This document shows positions 27,427 to 36,246 of a DNA stretch of 36,246 nucleotides, piece after piece. Numbering within the stretch: position 1 is the stretch's first letter; each line of letters begins with the position of its first letter. The notes under the pieces were generated by a model. It searched no databases and had not been told where the DNA came from. It worked only from the letters and a program-made list of their open reading frames with translations. Source of the stretch: a virus (lineage: Duplodnaviria > Heunggongvirae > Uroviricota > Caudoviricetes); the IMG/VR virus record IMGVR_UViG_2563366806_000005; one strand, given 5' to 3'. Made by a program: the position numbers and the translations under genes.

Positions 27427-27942
27427 ATGGCTTTACCACGCAAATTAAAACATCTGAACCTGTTTAACGACGGGAACAACTGGCAGGGGATCGTAGAGTC
27501 GCTGACGCTGCCGAAATTCACCCGCAAATATGAGAAGTATCGCGGCGGCGGAATGCCGGGTGCAGTAGATGTGGATCTGGGGCTTGATGACAGTGCGCTG
27601 GACACAGAATTTTCCATTGGTGGTACTGAACTGCTGCTGTTTAAGCAGATGGGCAAAGCCACTGTGGATGGCATCCAGCTGCGCTTTACCGGCTCTATCC
27701 AGCGTGACGATACCGGGGAAGTGCAGGCTGTGGAGCTTGTGGTGCGTGGACGTCACAAAGAAGTGGATTCCGGCGAGTGGAAGACGGGCGAAAGCAACAC
27801 CACCAAAGTGACCAGTACCAACAGCTACGCGAAGCTGACCATCAATGGTGAGGTGCTCTATGAAGTGGACCTTATCAACATGGTGGAAATTGTGGATGGT
27901 GTGGACCTGATGGAAGCACACCGCAACGCACTCGGCCTCTGA
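27427..27942 (+). CDS. FII: Tail tube protein (P2 gpFII)
   Basis: 171 aa, directly after the sheath gene. Confidence 0.9.
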   Translation: MALPRKLKHLNLFNDGNNWQGIVESLTLPKFTRKYEKYRGGGMPGAVDVDLGLDDSALDTEFSIGGTELLLFKQMGKATVDGIQLRFTGSIQRDDTGEVQAVELVVRGRHKEVDSGEWKTGESNTTKVTSTNSYAKLTINGEVLYEVDLINMVEIVDGVDLMEAHRNALGL

Positions 27943-27996
27943 TCTATCTGAACGGCGCGGGATACCGCGCCAGAACCCAATTTAAAGGACAGCAAA

Positions 27997-28299
27997 ATGA
28001 GCGATAAGCAGACTGAAAAGACCATTCAACTGGATACCCCCATCAAGCGCGGTAAAACGGAAATCACCGAAATTGTGCTGCGTAAACCGCAGTCCGGTGC
28101 GCTGCGCGGTACACGCCTGCAGGCCATTATGGATATGGATGTAAACGCGATGATGACCGTGATCCCCCGCATCTCCAGTCCGGCACTGACTGCACAGGAA
28201 ATTGCAGAGATGGACCCGGCAGATCTCACTGCCATGTCGGTTGAGGTTGTCACTTTTTTGTTGAAGAAGTCGGTGCTTGCCGGTTTACCGACAGCCTGA
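27997..28299 (+). CDS. E: Tail assembly chaperone E (zero-frame product)
   Basis: Position between FII and T; contains slippery TTTTTTG at 28254-28260. Confidence 0.75.
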   Translation: MSDKQTEKTIQLDTPIKRGKTEITEIVLRKPQSGALRGTRLQAIMDMDVNAMMTVIPRISSPALTAQEIAEMDPADLTAMSVEVVTFLLKKSVLAGLPTA

Positions 28300-28433
28300 C
28301 GGTTGACGATCTGGTGGCAGATATCGCCACCATTTTTCACTGGCCGCCATCCGTTACTGACGTTATGCCGCTGACCGAAGTGCTGGAATGGCGGTATAAA
28401 GCGATTCAGAGAAGCGGGGCCAACGATGAGTGA
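27997..28433 (+). CDS. E': Tail assembly chaperone E+E' (-1 programmed frameshift product)
   Basis: After a -1 shift at TTTTTTG the frame stays open to TGA at 28431-28433, overlapping the T start; same arrangement as P2 E/E'. Confidence 0.55.
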
Positions 28434-31400
28434 TAACAACCTGCGTCTGCAGGTCATTCTTAATGCGGTTGACAAGCTCACCCGCCCATTTCGATCTGCG
28501 CAGGCCAGTTCAAGAGAACTGGCTGCTGCTGTCAAAAAATCCCGCGATGCAATAAAGCAGCTTGATCAGGCCGGGAGCAGTCTGGACAGCTTCCGAAAGC
28601 TGCAGGCAGAAAATCAGAAATTAGGCGACAGGCTGAACTATGCCCGCCAGCGTGCAAATTTGCTCAGTCAGGAACTGGGAGCGATGGGGCCGCCTTCGCA
28701 ACGTCAGGTTGTTGCTCTGGGCCGTCAACGGCTGGCTGTTCAGCGCCTGGAAGAACGCCAGAAAAAGCTGCAGCAGCAGACGGCGCTTGTGCGTGCTGAA
28801 CTGTACCGGGCGGGAATTTCTGCGAAAGACGATGCGGGAGCAACTGCCCGTTTAGCCCGTGAAACATCACGTTATAACCAGGAACTTTCGAAACAGGAGG
28901 CGCGGCTGAAGCGACTGGGGGAAGCTCAGCGCAGGATGAATGCAGCGCGTGTCAGTTATGCCCGTTCGCTGGAGGTGCGTGATCGTATTGCAGGTGCCGG
29001 AGCCACCACCACGGCTGCAGGGCTGGCAATGGGCGCACCAGTGATGGCGGCAGTAAAAAGCTATACCAGCATGGAAGATGCCATGAAAGGTGTGGCAAAG
29101 CAGGTCAATGGTCTGCGTGACGATAATGGCAACCGCACTGCACGTTTTTATGAAATGCAGGATGCCATCAAGGCTGCCAGCGAACAGTTGCCGATGGAAA
29201 ACGGTGCGGTGGATTTCGCTGCACTGGTTGAAGGTGGTGCGCGCATGAACGTCGCAAACCCTGACGACAGTTGGGAAGATCAGAAACGTGACCTGCTGGC
29301 CTTCGCCAGTACGGCAGCAAAGGCGGCAACAGCCTTTGAGCTGCCAGCGGATGAACTGTCAGAAAGTCTGGGGAAAATCGCCCAGCTCTACAAAATCCCC
29401 ACCCGCAATATTGAACAGCTCGGTGATGCGCTGAACTATCTGGATGATAACGCCATGTCGAAAGGGGCAGACATCATTGATGTGATGCAACGTCTGGGCG
29501 GTGTGGCTGACCGTCTGGATTATCGTAAAGCGGCGGCGCTGGGTTCCACCTTCCTGACACTGGGCGCTGCGTCAGAGGTTGCAGCCAGTGCAGCAAACGC
29601 GATGGTGCGTGAATTGTCCATTGCCACCATGCAAAGCAAGAGTTTCTTTGAAGGGATGAATCTGCTGAAACTCAATCCTGAAGTGATTGAAAAGCAGATG
29701 ACGAAGGATGCGATGGGAACTATCCAGCGTGTGCTGGAGAAGGTGAACGCACTGCCGCAGGACAAGCGTCTGTCTGCCATGACCATGTTGTTTGGTAAAG
29801 AGTTTGGCGATGACGCGGCGAAACTGGCAAACAACCTGCCGGAACTACAGCGCCAGCTAAAACTGACAGCGGGCAATGATGCGCTCGGTTCCATGCAGAA
29901 AGAATCCGATATCAACAAGGACTCACTTTCTGCTCAGTGGTTGCTGGTTAAAACCGGAGCGCAGAATACCTTCAGCAGCCTGGGCGAAACGCTGCGCCAG
30001 CCGCTGATGGATATTCTGTACACGGTGAAAAGCGTTACGGGAGCGTTGCGTCGCTGGGTGGAAGCTAACCCGGAACTGACGGGCACACTGATGAAAGTAG
30101 CCGCTATTGTGGCTGCGGTTACCGTAGGCCTCGGCACCTTGGCTGTGGCGCTGGCTGCAGTGCTGGGGCCGCTGGCAGTCATCCGTCTGGGATTCTCTGT
30201 GCTGGGCATCAGAACGTTACCTTCCGTTACGGCAGCAGTAACACGAACCAGCAGCGCGTTGTCCTGGCTGGCTGGCGCACCACTGGCACTGCTGCGACAC
30301 GGGCTTGCTTCATCGGGTAACGCAGCGGGTTTACTTACTGCGCCGTTGTCGTCTTTGCGCCGTACGGCATCACTGACGGGAAATGTCCTGAAAACTGTTG
30401 CAGGTGCGCCGGTTGCACTTTTGCGGTCTGGATTATCCGGTTTACGTGCGGTTGCTGTGATGTTTATGAATCCTCTGGCGGTACTGCGCGGTGGACTGAC
30501 CGCTGCAGGTACGGTGCTGCGAGTACTGGCATCTGGTCCACTGGCGATGCTGCGCGTTGCCCTGTATGCCATATCTGGTCTGTTAGGTGCTCTGCTCAGT
30601 CCGATAGGTCTAGTGGTTACTGCACTGGCAGGCGTGGCGCTGGTTGTCTGGAAATACTGGCAACCCATCACCGCATTTCTCGGTGGCGTGGTGGAGGGAT
30701 TCAAAGCGGCGGCAGGTCCCGTCAGTGCCGCATTCGAACCACTTAAGCCTGTGTTCCAGTGGATTGGCGACAAAGTGCAGGCGCTGTGGGGCTGGTTTAC
30801 TGACCTGCTGACGCCCGTTAAGTCGACCTCTGCCGAACTGCAGAGTGCAGCGGCAATGGGGCGACGATTCGGGGAGGCCCTGGCGGAAGGGCTGAATATG
30901 GTCATGCATCCGCTGGACTCCCTGAAATCCGGCGTTTCCTGGTTGCTGGAGAAACTCGGCATTGTCAGTAAAGAGGCCGCAAAGGCAAAACTACCGGAAA
31001 GCGTGACGCGTCAGCAACCTGCGACGGTGAATGCAGACGGCAAAGTGATGATGCCATCGGGTGGTTTTCCATCATGGGGATATGGCTTTGCGGGGATGTA
31101 TGACAGCGGCGGGTATATCCCGCGCGGGCAGTTTGGCATCGTCGGTGAAAACGGGCCGGAAATTGTTAACGGCCCGGCAAATGTGACCAGCCGGAGAAAT
31201 ACAGCTGCACTGGCTGCCGTTGTTGCCGGAATGATGGGCGTTGCTGCCGCGCCAGCAGAGCTTCCACCGTTGCACCCTTTGGCACTTCCCGCGAAAGGTG
31301 GAGAAGCAATTGTGAGTCGCGCAGCCACTGTGCCGCTCGTTCAACGGATTGAGGCACCGACGCAGATCATCATTCAGACGCAGCCAGGACAAAGTGCGCA

Positions 31401-31503
31401 GGATATTGCGCGGGAGGTGGCACGCCAGCTTGATGAACGTGAACGCAGGCTGAAGGCAAAAGCCAGGAGTAACTACAGCGATCAGGGGGGATACGACGCA
31501 TGA
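28426..31503 (+). CDS. T: Tail tape measure protein (P2 gpT)
   Basis: 1025 aa, coiled-coil N-terminal half, hydrophobic Ala/Gly/Leu-rich middle; position. Confidence 0.9.
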   Translation: MSDNNLRLQVILNAVDKLTRPFRSAQASSRELAAAVKKSRDAIKQLDQAGSSLDSFRKLQAENQKLGDRLNYARQRANLLSQELGAMGPPSQRQVVALGRQRLAVQRLEERQKKLQQQTALVRAELYRAGISAKDDAGATARLARETSRYNQELSKQEARLKRLGEAQRRMNAARVSYARSLEVRDRIAGAGATTTAAGLAMGAPVMAAVKSYTSMEDAMKGVAKQVNGLRDDNGNRTARFYEMQDAIKAASEQLPMENGAVDFAALVEGGARMNVANPDDSWEDQKRDLLAFASTAAKAATAFELPADELSESLGKIAQLYKIPTRNIEQLGDALNYLDDNAMSKGADIIDVMQRLGGVADRLDYRKAAALGSTFLTLGAASEVAASAANAMVRELSIATMQSKSFFEGMNLLKLNPEVIEKQMTKDAMGTIQRVLEKVNALPQDKRLSAMTMLFGKEFGDDAAKLANNLPELQRQLKLTAGNDALGSMQKESDINKDSLSAQWLLVKTGAQNTFSSLGETLRQPLMDILYTVKSVTGALRRWVEANPELTGTLMKVAAIVAAVTVGLGTLAVALAAVLGPLAVIRLGFSVLGIRTLPSVTAAVTRTSSALSWLAGAPLALLRHGLASSGNAAGLLTAPLSSLRRTASLTGNVLKTVAGAPVALLRSGLSGLRAVAVMFMNPLAVLRGGLTAAGTVLRVLASGPLAMLRVALYAISGLLGALLSPIGLVVTALAGVALVVWKYWQPITAFLGGVVEGFKAAAGPVSAAFEPLKPVFQWIGDKVQALWGWFTDLLTPVKSTSAELQSAAAMGRRFGEALAEGLNMVMHPLDSLKSGVSWLLEKLGIVSKEAAKAKLPESVTRQQPATVNADGKVMMPSGGFPSWGYGFAGMYDSGGYIPRGQFGIVGENGPEIVNGPANVTSRRNTAALAAVVAGMMGVAAAPAELPPLHPLALPAKGGEAIVSRAATVPLVQRIEAPTQIIIQTQPGQSAQDIAREVARQLDERERRLKAKARSNYSDQGGYDA

Positions 31504-31985
31504 TGATGGTGCTGGGATTGTACGTGTTTATGCTGCGCACCGTTCCGTATCAGGAACTGCAGTATCAACGCAGCTGGCGACATGCGGCAAACAGTCGGGT
31601 AAACCGACGTCCGTCCACGCAGTTTCTGGGACCGGAAAACGACATGCTGACGCTTTCCGGTGTTCTTATGCCGGAGATAACAGGCGGCAGGCTGTCGTTG
31701 CTGGCACTGGAGCAGATGGCAGAACAGGGGAAAGCATGGCCCCTGATTGAAGGCAGCGGCACGATTTACGGCATGTATGTGATTGAGGGACTGAATCAGA
31801 CTAAAACGGAGTTTTTCCGCGACGGTATGCCGCGCCGGATTGAGTTCACCCTGTCGCTCAAACGGGTGGATGAATCCCTGTCCGATATGTTCGGTGATCT
31901 CAGTGCGCAACTGAATAATCTGCAGGACACGGCAACGTCTGCCTTAAGTGATATCAGTAAAACGGTGGGAGGGCTGCTGTCGTGA
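31500..31985 (+). CDS. U: Tail protein U
   Basis: MMMVLGLYVFMLRTVPYQ resembles the P2 U N-terminus. Confidence 0.85.
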   Translation: MMMVLGLYVFMLRTVPYQELQYQRSWRHAANSRVNRRPSTQFLGPENDMLTLSGVLMPEITGGRLSLLALEQMAEQGKAWPLIEGSGTIYGMYVIEGLNQTKTEFFRDGMPRRIEFTLSLKRVDESLSDMFGDLSAQLNNLQDTATSALSDISKTVGGLLS

Positions 31986-33082
31986 ATTTCAGCTCAGAAC
32001 TGCTTAACAAAGGCAACAAAACTCCCGCATTCAGCATCAGTATTGAGGGCAGGGATATCACCACTGTGCTGGATAACCGCCTGATGAGTTTGACGCTGAC
32101 GGATAACCGGGGCTTTGAAGCGGACCAGCTTGATCTGGAGCTGGACGACGCCGATGGAAAAATCGTGCTGCCGCGCCGTGGTGCGGTCATTACGCTGGCG
32201 CTGGGCTGGAAGGGGCAGCCGCTTTTCCCGAAAGGGGCATTCACAGTGGACGAGATTGAACACACTGGCGCACCGGACCGCCTGACTATCCGGGCGCGAA
32301 GTGCTGATTTTCGGGAAACGCTGAATACCCGCCGTGAAAAATCGTGGCATAAGACCACCGTCGGGGAAGTGGTGAAGGAAATAGCCGCGCGGCACAAGCT
32401 GAAGATGGCACTGGGTAAAGACCTGTCGGATAAGCCCGTGGAGCATATAGACCAGACTAATGAGAGTGACGGCAGTTTTCTGATGCGGCTGGCGCGACAG
32501 TACGGTGCCATCGCGTCGGTGAAAAATGGCAATCTGTTATTCATCAGGCAGGGGCAGGGCAAAAGCGCCACTGGTAAACCTCTGCCAGTGATCACTATCA
32601 CACGCAAGGACGGCGACAGTCACCGATTTACCCTGGCAGATCGCGGAGCCTACACGGGCGTAATTGCCAGCTGGTTGCATACCCGCGAACCTGCGAAGAA
32701 AGAAAGCACCACGGTGAAGCGTAAGCGCAGAACTAAGAAGCAGAAGAAAGAGCCGGAAGCGAAGCAGGGCGATTACCTGGTGGGTACGGATGAAAACGTG
32801 CTGGTACTTAATCGCACTTATGCCAACCGGAGCAACGCCGAACGAGCGGCGAAAATGCAGTGGGAACGCCTGCAACGCGGCGTTGCGTCATTCTCGCTAC
32901 AACTGGCGGAAGGGCGGGCAGATCTCTACACGGAAATGCCAGTGAAAGTCAGTGGCTTTAAACAGCCGATAGATGATGCGGAATGGACTATTACCACCCT
33001 GACGCATACTGTCAGCCCGGATAACGGTTTTACGACCAGTCTGGAGCTTGAAGTGAAGATTGATGATTTCGAAATGGAATGA
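31982..33082 (+). CDS. D: Tail protein D (late control D)
   Basis: 366 aa, GTG start overlapping U stop; position before ogr. Confidence 0.85.
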   Translation: MNFSSELLNKGNKTPAFSISIEGRDITTVLDNRLMSLTLTDNRGFEADQLDLELDDADGKIVLPRRGAVITLALGWKGQPLFPKGAFTVDEIEHTGAPDRLTIRARSADFRETLNTRREKSWHKTTVGEVVKEIAARHKLKMALGKDLSDKPVEHIDQTNESDGSFLMRLARQYGAIASVKNGNLLFIRQGQGKSATGKPLPVITITRKDGDSHRFTLADRGAYTGVIASWLHTREPAKKESTTVKRKRRTKKQKKEPEAKQGDYLVGTDENVLVLNRTYANRSNAERAAKMQWERLQRGVASFSLQLAEGRADLYTEMPVKVSGFKQPIDDAEWTITTLTHTVSPDNGFTTSLELEVKIDDFEME

Positions 33083-33172
33083 TTCTTCGCAATGGAGAAC
33101 TTTTAAGTTTTCAAAATGGAATAATGCGGTATCATTATTGTGAATTTAGCAAAAATGGGGAGAACTCGAAAA

Positions 33173-33391
33173 ATGATGATTTGCCCACTGTGTGGAAGTG
33201 CCGCCCATACTCGCAGCAGTTTTCAGGTATCTTCATTGACCAAAGAGCGTTACAACCAGTGCCAGAACATTAACTGCAGCCATACTTTTGTTACTCATGA
33301 AACTTTTGTTCGTTCGATTGCAACGCCAAAAGAGTCAAATCCGGTTCAGCCGCATCCAATGAAATCAGGACAGGTGGCGCTCTCTCTTTGA
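33173..33391 (+). CDS. ogr: Late gene transcriptional activator Ogr (zinc finger)
   Basis: MMICPLCGSAAHTRSS...TKERYNQCQNINCSHTF resembles P2 Ogr (CPLCQHAAHARTS...TKERYHQCQNVNCSATF). Confidence 0.85.
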   Translation: MMICPLCGSAAHTRSSFQVSSLTKERYNQCQNINCSHTFVTHETFVRSIATPKESNPVQPHPMKSGQVALSL

Positions 33392-33413
33392 CGCTGCCGC
33401 CATTTTGTCGCCA
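33392..33413. repeat. attR: Candidate attR core, cgctgccgccattttgtcgcca
   Basis: Starts on the base after the ogr stop; 21/22 identical to 19-40. Confidence 0.45.
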
Positions 33414-33471
33414 TCGTTAAAAAACAGTGCTTCTAACATCATGATTTTAAAGAGCATAAATTTCAGGCAAC

Positions 33472-33514
33472 AAAAAACCCATCAACCTTGAACCGAAATG
33501 GCGGGGTTGATGGG
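33472..33514 (-). terminator. Rho-independent terminator of ybjL (minus strand)
   Basis: cccatcaacc / ggttgatggg 10-bp stem followed on the minus strand by a T6 run. Confidence 0.6.
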
Positions 33515-33626
33515 CTCCACAAAATGGGGACATCAAAGAAAAGCAGTGGCACTAATTAAGACTGATGCCCTGCGGAAAAGTTCTGCGGTTGTGCAAAAAA
33601 ATTTCATTTTCAGGGCAACTTCAGTT

Positions 33627-35312
33627 TTATCCTAATCCTGGCCATACCATGACGATGATTGTCCCTGCCAGCGTCAGCAGGACGTTGGCGATTGCATAGG
33701 TGCCCGCATAGCCCAGCGCCGGGATGTTACTGCGAGCTGTATCACTGATGATCTCCATTGCCGGCGCGCAGGTACGTGCGCCCATCATTGCGCCGAACAA
33801 CAGCGCGCGGTTCATTCGCAATACATAAGCACCGAACAAGAAACAGATAACCACGGGCACCAGACTGACAATCAATCCGGCAATCAACATCTGACCGCCA
33901 ATCGCGCCCAGGCCGTTATTAATACCGCTACCGGCGCTCAGACCAACGCCTGCCATAAACACCATCAAGCCGAACTCTTTCACCATGCTTAATGCACCCT
34001 GCGGAATGTAACCGAAGGTCGGGTGGTTAGCACGCATAAAGCCCAGCATAATTCCGGCGAATAACAACCCGGCAGCGTTCCCCATGCCGAAACTGAATGT
34101 GCTGAACTGGAAGGTGATCATCCCGATCATCAGCCCAATAACAAAGAAGGCGCAAAATGCCAGCAGGTCAGTGACCTGGCTGTGAATCGAGATAAAGCCG
34201 ATGCGATCGGCGATGGTTTTTACGCGACGGGCATCACCGCTGACTTGTAAAACGTCACCTTTGTTAAGCACGACGTTGTCATCTATCGGCATCTCAATCT
34301 GGCTACGAATGACGCGGTTAAGGAAGCAACCGTGATCGGTCAACTTCAGTTGTGCGAGACGTTTACCTACAGCGTTATGGTTTTTAACGACCACTTCTTC
34401 AGTGACGATACGCATGTCGAGAAGGTCACGATCGAAAACTTCTTTACCGTTACGGAAGCTGGGATCGAGTCGGGCATGGGCGTCGGGATAGCCTACCAAC
34501 GCTATTTCATCGCCCATTTGTAGCACGGCATCACCGTCTGGATTTGCCAGAATCCCGTTACGTCGAATACGTTCAATGTAGCAGCCGGTTTGTCGATAAA
34601 TACCCAGTTCACGCAGATTTTTGCCGTCGGTCCAGGCCACCAGCTCCGGGCCGACGCGATAGGCGCGGATCACCGGTAAATAAACCTTACGGTTGGCATC
34701 AGTGTCCAGGCCACGTTCGCGGGCGATTTGCTGGGCGCTGGTCTGTAAGTCCTGATGCTGCAATTTCGGCAAGTAACGCGCACCAACAATCAAACTCACC
34801 AGACCGATTAAATAGGTTAAGGCATACCCGAGGCTCAGATTATCCAGTGCCAGTGAGAGCTGCCTGCTTTCCATGCCGGAATGACGCAGTGTATCGCCAG
34901 CACCGACCAGAACCGGTGTCGACGTCATAGAGCCTGCTAACATACCGGCCGTCAGGCCAATATCCCAGCCAAACAGCTTACCTAACCCTAAGGCGATCAC
35001 CAGCGCACTGCCAACCATCACCAGTGCTAACATTAGGTAATTTTTCCCATCGCGAAAAAAAATGGAAAAAAAGTTCGGTCCGGCTTCAACCCCAACACAG
35101 AAAATAAACAGCATAAAGCCAAGATTAAGCGCATCGGTGTTAATGCTGAAATGTTGTTGGCCTAATAACAGCGATACGACTAAAACGCCAATGGAATTAC
35201 CCAGTTGGATCGAACCAAGTCGTAACTTTCCGAGACATAGCCCAAGCGCGAGGACCACAAATAATAACAGAATGTAATTCCCATTTAACAATTCGGCGAC
35301 GTTTATATTCAC
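33627..35312 (-). CDS. ybjL: Putative transport protein YbjL (AAE-family transporter)
   Basis: 561-aa polytopic membrane protein; N-terminus [33 protein letters not shown] matches E. coli YbjL as I recall it. Confidence 0.85.
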
Positions 35313-35581
35313 GGAGGCTAACTTCTTGTTTACTAGTAAGCTGTTGAAAGAAATGGTAATTTACGATAATGTTTTTTACCAGAATTCAGGGCGCAGATTC
35401 ATTCAGCGCACCTAAACGATAGTAAAGTAACAATATATTTTACTAGTGTAATCACATTAGGTATCAACGGCTATATGAATTGCGTTGGCCTATATTAGCA
35501 TGGAATGCGAAGCGGCTTTATCTTACTGAACGCCACACTGGCGAAAAATGTGTTCGATAGACGCAGTGTCAGGAGGAACGA

Positions 35582-35959
35582 GTGAAACATAAACAACGTT
35601 GGGCGGGGGCAATCTGCTGTTTTGTCCTCTTCATTGTGATGTGCCTTTTTCTGGCGACGCACATGAAAGGCGCTTTTCGGGCTGCCGGGCATCCTGAAAT
35701 CGGCTTGCTATTTTTCATTCTTCCTGGAGCAGTCGCCAGCTTCTTTTCACAGCGTAGAGAAGTCCTGAAACCTCTGTTTGGCGCAATGCTGGCGGCACCC
35801 TGTTCGATGCTCATTATGCGGCTGTTTTTTTCACCGACGCGCTCATTCTGGCAAGAGCTGGCATGGTTATTAAGTGCGGTGTTCTGGTGTGCGCTGGGGG
35901 CACTGTGTTTCTTATTTATCAGTAGTTTGTTTAAACCACAGCACAGAAAAAATCAGTAA
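35582..35959 (+). CDS. ybjM: Inner membrane protein YbjM
   Basis: 125-aa membrane protein, GTG start with RBS aggagg; between ybjL and grxA as in E. coli K-12. Confidence 0.8.
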   Translation: MKHKQRWAGAICCFVLFIVMCLFLATHMKGAFRAAGHPEIGLLFFILPGAVASFFSQRREVLKPLFGAMLAAPCSMLIMRLFFSPTRSFWQELAWLLSAVFWCALGALCFLFISSLFKPQHRKNQ

Positions 35960-35988
35960 AGCCCTCAACGCGAGGGCTTGTCAGACGA

Positions 35989-36246
35989 TCAGGCGTCCAG
36001 ATTTTCTTTCACCCATGCAGCAAAATCGGTATAGCCGCCGATATGTTGCTGATCGACAAAAATCTGCGGCACGGTTTCTACGGGTTTACCTGCCTTTTGT
36101 TGTAGATCTTCTTTAGTGATCCCTTCCGCACGAATATCTACATAGTGATACTGAAAATCATCGTGTTCATTGCTCAATTTCTCAGCCAGATCTTTTGCAC
36201 GCACACAGTAAGGGCAACCCGGACGACCAAAAATAACGGTTTGCAT
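35989..36246 (-). CDS. grxA: Glutaredoxin 1
   Basis: 85 aa with CPYC active site (MQTVIFGRPGCPYCVRAKDL...). Confidence 0.9.
   Translation of the reverse strand: MQTVIFGRPGCPYCVRAKDLAEKLSNEHDDFQYHYVDIRAEGITKEDLQQKAGKPVETVPQIFVDQQHIGGYTDFAAWVKENLDA

Larger units (their letters stand above)
19..33413. mobile_element. Integrated P2/186-family prophage carrying a retron (retronphage); boundaries approximate
   Basis: Full P2-like gene order from int to ogr; host genes ybjL-ybjM-grxA directly to the right; 21/22-nt direct repeat at 19-40 and 33392-33413; AT-rich cargo islands in a GC-richer backbone. Confidence 0.8.

Noticed and set aside
29934-30962. 342-aa minus-strand ORF inside tape measure gene T
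   Set aside because: Antisense to T in an Ala/Gly-rich, GC-rich region; no RBS
31954-32607. 217-aa minus-strand ORF inside tail gene D
   Set aside because: Antisense to a conserved structural gene
33079-33273. 64-aa ORF overlapping the start of ogr
   Set aside because: Overlaps the ogr RBS and 5' coding region in another frame; ogr is strongly supported by its zinc-finger motif
33392-33626. Possible tRNA gene as integration target at the right prophage end
   Set aside because: No tRNA-like cloverleaf or conserved T-loop sequence seen; region contains only the att-like repeat and the ybjL terminator hairpin

Overview
This window is almost entirely one integrated P2/186-family temperate myovirus prophage (about 33.4 kb, roughly 19..33413), followed by E. 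coli chromosomal genes ybjL, ybjM and grxA. The backbone is complete and syntenic with P2/186: int, cI, apl, cII, early ORFs, dam, replication gene A, LexA-controlled tum, then a candidate cos, then Q-P / O-N-M-L-X, lysis cassette, R-S, V-W-J-I-H-tfa, an invertible tail-fibre cassette with a Gin/Pin-type invertase, FI-FII-E/E'-T-U-D-ogr. Several AT-rich cargo islands interrupt the roughly 50-55% GC backbone: (1) a complete retron between cos and the portal gene (effector, msr-msd, RT), which matches what I recall of retron Ec86/Eco1; (2) an uncharacterised HNH-motif protein at the P2 old/tin-equivalent position; (3) an uncharacterised multi-pass membrane protein inserted antisense between tail genes S and V; (4) a small secreted cysteine-rich peptide inside the lysogenic cI-int operon. 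The retron is a described system; the HNH protein and the membrane protein are the best candidates for undescribed functions. All calls come from reading the sequence and ORF track and from recalled family knowledge; no searches were run. No rRNA, tRNA or CRISPR arrays were seen.
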